This document shows positions 37,401-47,619 of a stretch of DNA of 64,000 nucleotides, in pieces. The stretch covers positions 14,074,001 through 14,138,000 of the forward strand of contig JBHGNT010000012.1 in the NCBI GenBank assembly GCA_043228905.1, read 5' to 3'. Origin of the DNA: Azolla caroliniana. Its lineage: Eukaryota > Plantae > Polypodiophyta. The notes beneath the pieces are model-generated. The model saw only the letters and a list, made by a program, of their open reading frames with translations, made no database searches and was not told where the DNA came from. Within the stretch, counting starts at the first letter, position 1; each line of letters begins with the position of its first letter. Both the position numbers and the translations under genes were made by a program.

Positions 37401-37935
37401 AAATAGATTTAATAACTATAAGTGCTTTATTTGCGCCTACCTTTATTAAAAGGTAAATCATGCATTTTTAGAGTGCGTGAATATTTTATAGAAAAACGCA
37501 AGCAACTAAAAAGTGACTCATGCACATCTAGCGTGCATGAGCACTATATTTAGCAAATAAAAGCAAGGATTAGAAAAGCATTACATGCACATTTAGTGTG
37601 CATGAACGTATTAGAAAAAGCATGTAGCTATGCTTAGTCTCTCCCATCACTATATAAGGATGGGGAGCACATTGTAGTTTTTGTTGATTATTTTTCTATA
37701 ATGATCAATCAATCTAAAATATTCGTGGGATTCACGAATTTGCTAAAATAATTCTCTCTTACTACCTAAATATTGACTAAATGTACTAAACTCGTGGGAT
37801 TCACGAGATTCTTATCTTATAACTCTTTATACCTATTCTTTACTAGCCTTATTTGTATTTTTCTTTCTCCTAGTCCAAAACCTCGGTGGTTCCCACCCGA
37901 CTCACGCAAACGATCCGGAGCCGAAAGGCACGACA
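34438..37935 (+). mobile_element. Non-autonomous gag-only Ty3/gypsy-like LTR retrotransposon (3.5 kb)
   Basis: 722-bp LTRs at 34438-35159 and 37214-37935 (TGTCGT...ACGACA, about 5 mismatches by eye). PBS TGGTGAACCCGACGTGA (35164-35180) complementary to the tRNA-Trp 3' end. PPT GGAGGGGGCGAG. 4-bp TSD GCAT/GCGT. Confidence 0.92.
35198..37270 (+). CDS. Gag-like capsid protein with long acidic and basic low-complexity tail; no PR, RT or INT
   Basis: FNGNDVSRYLRDY...TWGSFEEALREAY...FLEFEHRF...FVKSID. Open frame from ATG 35198 into the 3' LTR. Confidence 0.75.
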   Translation: MENQQEAMSITMMMMFERMLQEQRVMSEITGAVKRLVQRNGQFNGNDVSRYLRDYKAEMIRCGIPEGLQVTSFNRVATDELQERIYKIQQQNPTWGSFEEALREAYDYKRSKGKDRREFDEWVASEKTHRSATQAFLEFEHRFARLSEREQRLVGEDKVLMFVKSIDRKERMDIGIELEDDEGINGLTEDWAEVQRVCRRHDERKMRILSTTWPMKDGRLKTNDGADMKAEIQHDGATEEGVKQATLLSCERTTTKDKADNPSVEEDFRIQVSETSGEKGVSIIDAVKESKEDLIEEVTMKDDIELKVAMDESTTDGHIKTSPPLILETPAVAFERQRETEETEGGGEKTKVEVDAYDGEIAENMAMGETMEDDNTEDSCPLILETSAVVSEKQRKTGETGGGGKKGKVGSQLGWKVIRTGFRSERKPNRVKEDSTESRPERKPNRKEENSAERRHKRKLNRANEDSVERRPKRKPTRKGVDSVKTDRPSLTWPNANMDGSRPSRKPIGRNRSEKKLLIRLNRRLDRSRLVKTRKRKPTETKTDRSKPGRKETDLIETEQPIPIRPNTNPIGSRSNRKSIGRERSGKKSRLMKTRKRPVKDTTTNDKGQEYDEREQRIWWIGWRQWFGWKEWAYSKWRDKVDIAGQTEDEGETTSIGNFGTYRRMCGFGGGECRSVFRTLREKIKIIKPI

Positions 37936-38103
37936 GCGTATCGAGTTCGTGTTTAAAGTGTAGGTTTTAAACAGGAACTCGATACGCCATATCGAGTTCC
38001 TGTTTAAAAAGCAAAAAAAAAATATGAACTCGATATGCCGTATCGAGTTCCTGTATAAAGTTTGTATTGTATACAGGAACTCGATACGGCGTATAGAGTT
38101 CTT
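37936..38103. repeat. Cluster of palindromes GAACTCGATA-N5-TATCGAGTTC (4 copies; the first is split by the LTR element, left half at 34415-34437)
   Basis: 37965-38009 has perfect 20-bp arms. Further copies at 38026-38050 and 38070-38103. Confidence 0.9.
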
Positions 38104-38186
38104 GAGCGACAAAACATATTTACAAAAATGTCCACAGTGTCAGAGGCCTACCTGGAGTCCTCGCACTCGATTCTCTTTGAAGACAT

Positions 38187-38995
38187 GGTTGATCGTGTGG
38201 CAGTGGAGGCGGAGATCACGCTTTTGTGCTTTGTGTGCTCTGTATGCTCTGTACGCTCTTGTGAGTGAAATATGACGAGGTCTTCCTATTTATAGGGATT
38301 GACCACATTGGTTAAAGTAACCATAGTCACCTTAACCAAGGTTGGTAAGTTTGAGGATAGTTAGTTGGTAACCACAGTCACATTAACTAGAGTAACTTAT
38401 GATTGCATTAATGATTACAAAGTCAAACTAACATATTGATCAATCTTTTATAGTCATAACAACCTGCAATGACTTCAAAGGTCATGAAGGAGACAATGAT
38501 AAAGGTTCATGAATGTACCAATGATTGATTACTAAAAGCAACAATTTTTATGACTCTCAAATGCTGTGTATTAAAGATGTGGGCATGAATTAACCAATGA
38601 TTGATAAGTCTAATATTTAAAATGGTGAGCATTAAAGAACCAATGAGTGAGAGGTTCTATATCAAAATGGGTGCCTTTAATTAGCCAATGATTTTAACAT
38701 TAATCCAACATATTTATGGCTTGTTAATGATTAGATTTATATTATACTTGATTTAACTTCATATAGATGTAGTTTAAATAATAATTGATATTTTAAATAC
38801 AATTATTTTATTAAAAATAAATTTTTTATGTATTGTATTAATATAATATTACATAATATAGACATTCTATTGATTTGGCTTTTGTTTAGAGAGAAATTTA
38901 TGTTTAGAGAGGAGTATATGTTTAGAGAGGAGCTTATTAGTTTTTTTCCTTACCCTAAGCACATAACTTACAGAGCCCTATCTAGACCTTAAGCC
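38187..38995. promoter_or_regulatory. Putative bidirectional promoter between the MTase gene and the transposase
   Basis: Minus-strand CTATAAATAG at 38286-38295, ~100 bp upstream of ATG 38186 and donor AG|GTAGG at 38151. CCAATGA boxes at ~38518, 38594, 38640 and 38685. AT-rich. Confidence 0.55.
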
Positions 38996-41815
38996 ATGAG
39001 TGAAGATTCACCGTTCTCGATTGAAGTATATTGTTTGTCATCAGACTCATCGTTTTCTACTGAAGAGTATTGTTTGTCGACAGAGTCACCATATTCGATT
39101 GAAGAGTATTGTTTGTCGACAGAGTCACCATATTCGATTGAAGAATATTGTCTGTCGATAGACTCACCATATTCTATCGAAGAATATTGTCTGAGCTCAT
39201 CTACAGGGAATGTAAATAATGACACATGTGAAGAGTTCTCTATTGAAGAATACGATATTAATAAAGATACAGAGAATGAAGGTAGTGCTCAGGAAACATT
39301 GAATAACATTGGCGATGGTCACAACAGAGAATTAGATTGTAACAAGGTTACACCAACCTCTATGCAGGAAGAGAAATCTGGGAGCCCTATGCATATTAGA
39401 AGAATCCCACGAAGAATTCGTCTGGCTAGATTTAGCTTGGTGACATCAGATAAACAGATTGGATTTGATGTCAAAAAAATATGTTGTGCTCGTGGTTGTA
39501 TGTCTATGATTGGAAAATCAAAGTTGCGAGAATTAAGGCGATACTATTTTTCGATGACCGGTGATGAGCAAGACACTTACCTCGGGTCACATATGCAACT
39601 AGTATCTGACAAATGTACGAGGATCAAAGTATCATTCGAGTATTATATCTTCCATGCGCAACAGATATGTAGAGTTGCATTCAAAATTGCGTTATGTGTT
39701 AGTAACATGCGGCTACATAGAGTACAACAACGTCTACTTAGCGGGGATCAGATGCTCAATTGTAAAGAGGTTCCAAGTATGAAAGGTGCAATTGGAAGAC
39801 ATGCTATTGGTTGGATGAAAACTTACTTTCAGTTAAATTGTGAAGTAATGCCCACTACAGGTAGGATGCACCTTTCTGATAATTATACACGTCGGGAAGT
39901 TTATGATGTTTATCGATCTGATATGTTGGGCTCACGTAATAAGTCTATCACCTATAGCCAATTCACAAGATTATGGAGAGCTCGGTTTTCAAATGTTATT
40001 ATTCCTCGTAAAGTACGTATGGGGCATTGCTCCATTTGTGCAAATCTTAAAAGTTTGGCTAAAGGTGCAAAGACATCAATGGAAAAGGATACGAGTAAGA
40101 AGTTACTACAAGAGCATTGTGAGGCACAATCCTTAGAACGAAAGAAGGTGATGCATCATAGAGAGAAGTGTTTGAAGAGGCCCGAACAATACATGTGCTT
40201 AATGATAGATGGCATGGACCAGAAGAAGACATGCTTGCCGCATATGCGGAGGCTCCCCAAAGATGTCAATGATGAGTGCCTTGTTCAAATGCACTTGGTG
40301 GGATGCTTGGCTTATAATAGGTCTGTTCGACCTTACGTCTTCATTACTTACCCCAATGTTCACAATGACCCTAACCTAACAGTTACAGTGATTCACCGAG
40401 TTTTGATGTCTTGGGGCCAACCTTTCCCCCCTGTTCTATACATTCAATTGGACAATACTGCTAGAGAGAACAAAAATTCAACTGTATTTGGCTATCTAAG
40501 TATGTTGGTCAACCAAGAATTGTTTAGGAAAGTGAAAGTAAATTTCCTTTTGGTTGGCCACACACATGACCATATAGATCAGATGTTTAGCACATTCTCC
40601 AGACAGTTGTCTCGGCATGATGCTTTCACTTTACCTAAACTATTTGATGTCATTTGTGATGCATATACACCACGCCCAAAAGTGTTACACTTGAAGGAGG
40701 TATATGACTTTAAGAGATATATATTAGATGGGGGTGGTGGGAATGTTAAAGTGCTTGCTCAGTTAAAAAATATAAGTTTCAATCACATTTTTATGATAAA
40801 GAAAAATGGAATAAGTGGTTCTACACTTTTGTATGCTAAACAATATTCATCTTCTACAACATGGGAACCTAAAGGTGGTTGCCAGTTATTACTTTGTATG
40901 CCGAGTACAATTGTCCATGGAGCTAAGCAAATGCCAATTGAGAAGAAAGGACAGTTGCAGAGCGACTTGGTATCAGAACAAAAACGGTCATGGCTCCAAG
41001 CCTTAGAAGAAAAAAGAAAGCATATTGAGGCCACCAAGAAATATGCCGCACGACAAGACACGTCATGGTGGGATGTATTTTATAGTGATCAAAAAGAAAT
41101 TATAGACAATTGTGTATCTGTTGATAATTGGAATTTGGAAACGCCATTCACATGGTCGCTGCAACATGATCGCGTAAATAGAACTCCAGAGCAACTAGTA
41201 AATGCGATTAATGACAGCTTAGTCCATCCACAACAAAGAGACATTTATGTGGGACCAAGGATGACCAAAGCAGCCGAAGCTAGATGGCAAGGCAATTTGC
41301 AAGAGCTCACCGCGGGGATGTTGATTGCAACGCCGACTGATGAGAACTCACATGGCCACCAATTTTGGGTTGGTAAAATTCTAGAAGTGCTAATGCATGA
41401 AATAGAAAACACGATCAAGTCTATAAATGTTCATTGGTACAACACTAGAAGTGCAAATGCTTTTACAGGTAAGTATACATTGGAGATGATTGAATGCCCA
41501 ACAAGAAGGGGAGGTAGGAAGAGGAAGCGAAACATTCTTAACACCTCAACCCTTGATATCTCTGATGTGGATATCATCGTGTACGACTTCACACTTACAA
41601 AAGCCGGACGATTAAGGAAGTCAACAATAGATATAATAAAAGAAAAATTACCAGGTCTACAAGGTGGCTCGAGTCAAAGGCAAACGAGATCTGCTACATA
41701 TAATCTAGAGTCAAACCATTTGGTTTATGATGAAGATAATGCACTGATTGGTACATCCGAGGATGATGAGGAGGAATCGTCATTGTATATTAGTTATAGT
41801 AGCGATTCTCCTTAA
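38996..41815 (+). CDS. Intact 939-aa Sola1/DUF7869-like DDD transposase
   Basis: Cys-rich CCARGC and CRVAF, then GHCSICANL. Catalytic LMIDGMDQ, YIQLDNTARENKN and FLLVGHTHDHIDQMFS. Uninterrupted single ORF. Confidence 0.8.
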   Translation: MSEDSPFSIEVYCLSSDSSFSTEEYCLSTESPYSIEEYCLSTESPYSIEEYCLSIDSPYSIEEYCLSSSTGNVNNDTCEEFSIEEYDINKDTENEGSAQETLNNIGDGHNRELDCNKVTPTSMQEEKSGSPMHIRRIPRRIRLARFSLVTSDKQIGFDVKKICCARGCMSMIGKSKLRELRRYYFSMTGDEQDTYLGSHMQLVSDKCTRIKVSFEYYIFHAQQICRVAFKIALCVSNMRLHRVQQRLLSGDQMLNCKEVPSMKGAIGRHAIGWMKTYFQLNCEVMPTTGRMHLSDNYTRREVYDVYRSDMLGSRNKSITYSQFTRLWRARFSNVIIPRKVRMGHCSICANLKSLAKGAKTSMEKDTSKKLLQEHCEAQSLERKKVMHHREKCLKRPEQYMCLMIDGMDQKKTCLPHMRRLPKDVNDECLVQMHLVGCLAYNRSVRPYVFITYPNVHNDPNLTVTVIHRVLMSWGQPFPPVLYIQLDNTARENKNSTVFGYLSMLVNQELFRKVKVNFLLVGHTHDHIDQMFSTFSRQLSRHDAFTLPKLFDVICDAYTPRPKVLHLKEVYDFKRYILDGGGGNVKVLAQLKNISFNHIFMIKKNGISGSTLLYAKQYSSSTTWEPKGGCQLLLCMPSTIVHGAKQMPIEKKGQLQSDLVSEQKRSWLQALEEKRKHIEATKKYAARQDTSWWDVFYSDQKEIIDNCVSVDNWNLETPFTWSLQHDRVNRTPEQLVNAINDSLVHPQQRDIYVGPRMTKAAEARWQGNLQELTAGMLIATPTDENSHGHQFWVGKILEVLMHEIENTIKSINVHWYNTRSANAFTGKYTLEMIECPTRRGGRKRKRNILNTSTLDISDVDIIVYDFTLTKAGRLRKSTIDIIKEKLPGLQGGSSQRQTRSATYNLESNHLVYDEDNALIGTSEDDEEESSLYISYSSDSP
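39002..39200 (+). repeat. 39-bp coding tandem repeat (SPYSIEEYCLSTE), ~5 copies
   Basis: Visible in both DNA and protein at the transposase N-terminus. Confidence 0.9.
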
Positions 41816-42099
41816 AGGAGTGATCATGAATGTATATTTGGCTATTAAGTGTAACTACATTCCGCTTGTAACAAATCGAGTAATATAAAAGCATGTGTTT
41901 TGAATTCTTATGATTTCTAAAAAATCGTTTCTTATAAAATAACATTGGTTGTAAAGTTTGTGATATAAATTGAGAATGTATCGTTTTGAAATTCGTCTTT
42001 TTTTAGTTACTTCTAAATCACGAAAATAGTGGATTTTTAACCTTTTTCATAGTATGTTTGAACATGTATGATACTGGTATCAATGTGTTTTGTAAAATC

Positions 42100-44048
42100 A
42101 TTGAAAAAGCCCTAAAATTTCCCTTATCCTTCCATTTATGCACGATCCTTCCACTTGTGAACGCGAACGTGTTCTGAATGTAATCGTGAAAGGGAAGACA
42201 TTGGAAGTTCTGAGAGGTTTAAGGGCATTGAGGAAATTAATGAGGAAAATGCAACATATGCCGAAGTAATACATGTAGATGAGGTTGACAAGGATAATTG
42301 TAATTGGGATACTTTTTGGGGAATTGCCAATACCTTATTGTTTGATATTGTGGAACAAAATGAAAATGCAGCGAAAGAATGCAATCATGAGGATGTGCAT
42401 GATGTGGATGTTGATGCTAAGGTAGTGTTGCAATCTTTTGATGTATTCTATGATCGTGCAGTTATATTGTTTTTTATTGGGAAACTCCCATACATTAATT
42501 GGATTAAACAATGGTTGAACACAATCGTGTCACCAAATTGTGTTGAAAATATATATGCAGGACCATGAGGGTTTTATGATGTAGTGTTTCGTTCACTGAA
42601 ACATCGAAGTGCATTGTTGGCTAAAGTTCTTGTGTTTTTTGATAAATGATTGGTGCATGTAATGCAATGGTCCCCTGTTGTGGACTATCATGCTTTGTTG
42701 AAACAAGAATGCCCTGTTTGGGTAATAGTGGATTGTAAGCATGCTTTTTTCTGGCCACTTTTACCAGAGTTGATGAGTCAAATGGGTAAAGTGTTGGTAT
42801 CTCCACATGCAAATGTTACAAATAAGTGCAAATTTTGTGTGTTATGGGATACAAGTCGTAAGAGGCCAAGATGGGTGCGTACGAACACACCTGGAATGAA
42901 AAGACTTTGTTTTAAATTGAAGTGGGAGACATTTGCAGGTCATTGTTTTGGATGTGGTGAATGGGGTCACTTTATGGTGGAATGCCGTCATCATTGTCCT
43001 TCAACTATAGAGGTTCCTAATGAAGGGAATGGTAAGGAAGAAGTTGGGAGAGATGTTGGTGTGTTAGATATGGTGGTTGTTATGGATGAAGGAACATCAT
43101 CTAGAGCAGGTTATAAAGAGGTTTCACTTCAAGGTTTGGGCCCTAAGAATAAGGGAACTCAATCTATGGATATGGAAAAACAAAATTTGGTGGTTATAGA
43201 TAAGGGGAAAAAACCGTTGGATAGAACTAGTAGTGATGTTGTTGAAAATGTCTTCTCGGTTATTATGTTGGCCAGGAAAGGAGAGATTATGCTCTCAATT
43301 TAATCGTTTGTTTCATTTGGGGGTCAAAGAGGTGGGAGATATAGTTGAGGCTCCATCTCAAAGGTTATCATCAAGGCTGAAGAAGAATGGAGATTACACA
43401 AATCTGATCATGGGTGGTGGCAAGTCTTACAACGTAGTTGGCATTCTAAATTGCCACTTGTAGCAAAGGTCTTCATTTGGAGAGTTTTGATTGGAGGATT
43501 GCCTTTGGGATTAGCTCTAAAGTGTCGTGGACTAGCAACATGTAATTGTTTTTTTTGCACTGTTCAAATGGAAGATAATACTCATTGATTTATACAATGC
43601 CCGATTGCTTCTAAGATTTGGAGTTACATTTCTCAAAATTGGCAAGTTTTATCACGGTGTTATTTGACACCTAGACAGTGTGTGTTTGCACAATTTACAT
43701 AGGTGGACCCAAAGTCAGAGATGGAGATTGTTTTTCTATTTTTGAGATATTGGGGATTGCGTCATAATTGGAATATGCGCAACGCTTTTGTATTCGATGG
43801 TAGACATGGAGTGAAAGCATATCTACGAAAGTTGAAGGGAGTACTAATGTGGCAATTTTCTTTATTGGAGCAAGTGGAAGTCCTTTCCTCTGTGGAATGT
43901 TCGTCTTGCCTATTGGCAATTCAACATGTTCTATTACCCATGTAGTGTAGTGTAGTTAGTGGGTGACCATACTTCATGGTCACACCATTGTAAGTAGTGT
44001 TTTTTACACACATTTATTAATATAATTGTGTGTTTTCACAAAAAAAGA
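42100..44048 (+). mobile_element. Internally deleted L1-clade LINE (ORF1 joined to ORF2 3' end), with A tail
   Basis: ORF1 with a DUF4283-like region and zinc knuckle CFGCGEWGHFMVEC. Jumps at ~43230 to the ORF2 C-terminus (KVFIWRVLIGGLPLG, CFFCTVQMEDNTH). Ends CACAAAAAAAA. Confidence 0.75.
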
Positions 44049-44051
44049 AGA

Positions 44052-44551
44052 GAATTAGAATTAGAATTTTTATCGTCCATAAAGAGGCCAATTTTGACCA
44101 ATGGAACCAGAGTATACATGTGTTCTTGATATATGTCTCCTTCCTAAGAAGGGCTATTCATACGTTGAAGCACAAAATCTCTATGTGTTAGTAAAGCATA
44201 CACATATGAGCTCAACCTTCTAGGTGGTGTCTTAAGTATGGCACTTAAGTTATCACTCCCTCTTAGTATGTCAACATATCTTGAACGAATTGCACTATAT
44301 GTCGAGCATGTGAAGAGCAAGTGACATTCATCCTCTACCATGCCTTCATTGCATACTTTACATGTCTTCAAATTCGTAACATTTTGATACCATGATGCAA
44401 CTTCAATACCTAACTTGTGAGATCGAGTGCGAAGTAGAGTAAGGGCTCTACGAGCATTACTACTCATATTGGTAATGAGATAAGGTTGGATACGATCAAT
44501 AAACATTCTTGCTTTATATTGAGACCAACATTCAGGGTTGACAGTTGCAAT

Positions 44552-44552
<1 letters not shown>
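44052..44552 (-). mobile_element. 5'-truncated RTEX-like LINE 3' end with (TTCTAA)n tail
   Basis: Near-identical to 47620-48120. RTRSHKLGIE...CKVC...VEDECHLLFTC. Confidence 0.85.
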
Positions 44553-44592
<40 letters not shown>

Positions 44593-44594
<2 letters not shown>

Positions 44595-47291
44595 ACTACT
44601 TACAATGGGTGGGGGTCAGAATGGAGTGAGTTTAGTCACCCGCTAAGTAACTAACTACATTTGGGTAGTAGAACATGTTGAATTGCCAATAGGCAAGACG
44701 AACACTCCATTGAGGAATGAATTTCCACTTGCTCCAATAAAAAAAATGACCTCCATCTCTGATTTTGGGTCCAACCTTTATAAATTGTGCAAACACCCCC
44801 TATTGTTTAGGCGTCAAATAACATCGTTATAAAACTTGCCAAATTTGAGAAATGTAACTCCAAATTTAACAAGCAACCGGACATTGTATAAAATGATGAC
44901 TATTATCTTCCATTTGAACAGTGCAAAAGAAGCAATTTGCCTGTTGCAAGTGCACGTCGCTTTAGAGCTAATCCCAAAGTCCAAACCCCCAATGAAAACT
45001 CTTCAAATGAAGACCTTTGCTACAATTGGCAATTTAGAATGGCAACTATGTCTTGAGATCTTCCATCACCCATTATCATATTTGTGTATTTTCCATTCTT
45101 CTTCAACCTTAGATGATAGCCATCCAAGAGACTCAATGGAGCAATGATACAAAAGATTAGTAGTCACTTGTAACAATGACGTCTGGCCCCTTAAACATTA
45201 GCCAATGAGGTAAAGGTAAAGGACCTTGCCTCAATGCAATATTTGTAGTTGTTGCGAAATAAACCCATAATTAGGCGGGATGCATAAAATTGTCGCGCTT
45301 CAACAAACTCCAAAATTCTTTGAGATGGAGCCTCAACTATATCTCCCACCTCTTTAACCCTCAAACGAAACAAACAATTAAACTGAGAGTGCAATCTCTC
45401 CTTTCTTGGCCAACATAATAACCGAGAAGACATAATAATTGAGAGCGCAAAGGATTATAATGCTCTCTACTAGATGATGGTTTCCATACACATAATAAGA
45501 CTGCTTCTTGCCATGAGATAACCAAGTGTTGAACACATGAAGAGCCCGAAATCTTATGTGATATACATCCATTTAGTAATTGCTACCATGAAGCCTTAAT
45601 CGTTATCCTCCCATGTGTTAAACCCTTGTTCTCAATGAAATATTGAACAATAGATATCCATGGTTGTGAGTTTGAACACGTGTCTTGTAATAATGAAAAT
45701 CTACGAGCCATCATATGCATAGATAATTCCGATATTCCAACTACCCCAAACGCTTAGGGGTTGCCAGATGATTCCATGCAACCCATGTGATTCCCATCTT
45801 ATCCCTCTTCTTCCACAACAAATATCGAAGAGGTTGCAAAACAGAATGCAAAACCTTCTTTGTCCATGGCAACAATGGCAAGTAATATAATATCATGGTT
45901 TCCATAATACATTGTACAACCTTCAAGCGTACATGAAATGACCAAGAATGTGACTTCCAATACATGAACTTATCCCTTAACTTACTAGAAATCCATTCAA
46001 TCAATTGACCATTTGTAACATTCATTCCCAATGGATACCCTAAGTGTCGAAAAATAGCTTTTCTTCACCACAGATCCTTGCCATCCTAAATATTCCAAAT
46101 CCCTTTGAGTACATGATATGAGCCTAAACTTCCTCCAATTAATACGTAATCCAGAAGCCAATGTAAATTGCTTCCATACAAGCATCCCCTTCTCAAGATT
46201 CCCCTATGAGGCTTGTAGAAACATGAAAGAATCATTTGCTAAAGCTTGTGCTACTAGTTGCCCTGTAGAAGGAAGGTGTAGACCCACAATGTCACCATTT
46301 TTTACAAGCCTTGATAGCATAACTAACAAGGGTTGAGTAACAATAACTAACAACAATGGGCTAAGTGGGCATCCTTGACGAACAGATCTTGTGAGGGCAA
46401 TATCTGATGGTACTCCCCCATTAAGCATTACTTGAGACACCACATCTTGTCCCAATGAAAATATGAGGGGGGATATACGTCATCCAAAGCCCATTGTATA
46501 CATTAACCCAAAAACAAAAGACCAATTAACATGGTCATAAGCTTTTTCCAAATCTAATTGCACCATAATCAATTCTTGATGATTGTTTCGTGCATAATCC
46601 ATTGTCATTTGTGTTGGGAATATGTCCCTCCAGTGGGAGGAAGATCCGACCATCAGGAAAGCTGACAGTCGAGGAGCCGAGTTGAGGAGGGACTCGGCTG
46701 AGGCCGAAACCGGAATCGTGGAAATAGCCAACTCGGGAGACTATACTTGTAAATAGTCTAAGTGTGCGCTCCATGAGGGCTACGTATGTAAATAGCCAGA
46801 AAGTTGCGTAAGTATATACGTAACTAGGGCAAACCTTAGTGATAATGAAGAACTGTGTACAGAAGTTGTAGAACGGGAGAGAGAGAGAGCGAGACAGAGA
46901 GTGTGTGTGTGAGCCGTGCCATAGTTGTGTGAGTAAACGTAGACGTGAAGAGCCCTGTGCGGCTGATGCACTCGACATAGTGTTGTATTCCTCTCGGTGG
47001 TGTATATCCACTATCTATATAGTGAAGACTCTGTTCCCGTGGTTTTCCCCGTTTTAGGGTTTCCACGTAAATTTCTGTGTACATCTATTTATCTTGTCTT
47101 TTCTGGTGTATTTCTGCAATTCGTATTTCAACGCGTAGTTCGTTTATTGTGATTCATATTCCGCATCGATTTCTCAACAATTTGAACATTCAACACATTA
47201 TGCAATATATTCCTACATGCAATAAAACCATATTGGGCGGGATGTATCAACTTTGGCAAACATTTTTGTAATATATTTGCCAAGAACTTTG
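44593..47291 (-). mobile_element. L1-clade LINE fragment (RT to 3' UTR), decayed, interrupted by a solo LTR
   Basis: LDLEKAYDHVNW, RQGCPLSPLL, PKRLG. The 3' UTR is the reverse complement of ~43230-44000; a (TC)n tract lies at its 3' end. Confidence 0.85.
46612..47179 (+). mobile_element. Copia-type solo LTR
   Basis: TGTTGG...TCAACA with a 5-bp TSD ATTTG (46607-46611 / 47180-47184). Confidence 0.9.
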
Positions 47292-47619
47292 TGTTAGGAA
47301 TTTTTCCCTCCCAATGGGAGAAGTAAGTTTGGTTGGTCGGCCGGATCGACCAGCGAGTCAGATTGACTAGATCCGACATAGGAGTCGGTTAGTTGAATCG
47401 ACGGGACTGTCAATTTGTGGGTCGGTCAGTCGAGTCGATTAGTCGGCCGATTCACTGGTATTATTGAGTAAAAATAATAATAGTAATAACATATCCCTCC
47501 TATCAATAGGATGGTTAGGGCAAACTTATGAGGTGAAGAAAAAACAGTGATGATGCTTATAGAGCTTCTATGGTAGAGAGCAAAAGGGTGTGCAAGAGAG
47601 CGTAGGAAGAGGCGCAAAA

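Noticed and set aside
29280-42100. Terminal inverted repeats for the Sola1-MTase unit
   Set aside because: No convincing TIR or TSD found by eye at 29.3-30.6 kb versus 41.8-42.1 kb, so no element boundaries are annotated.
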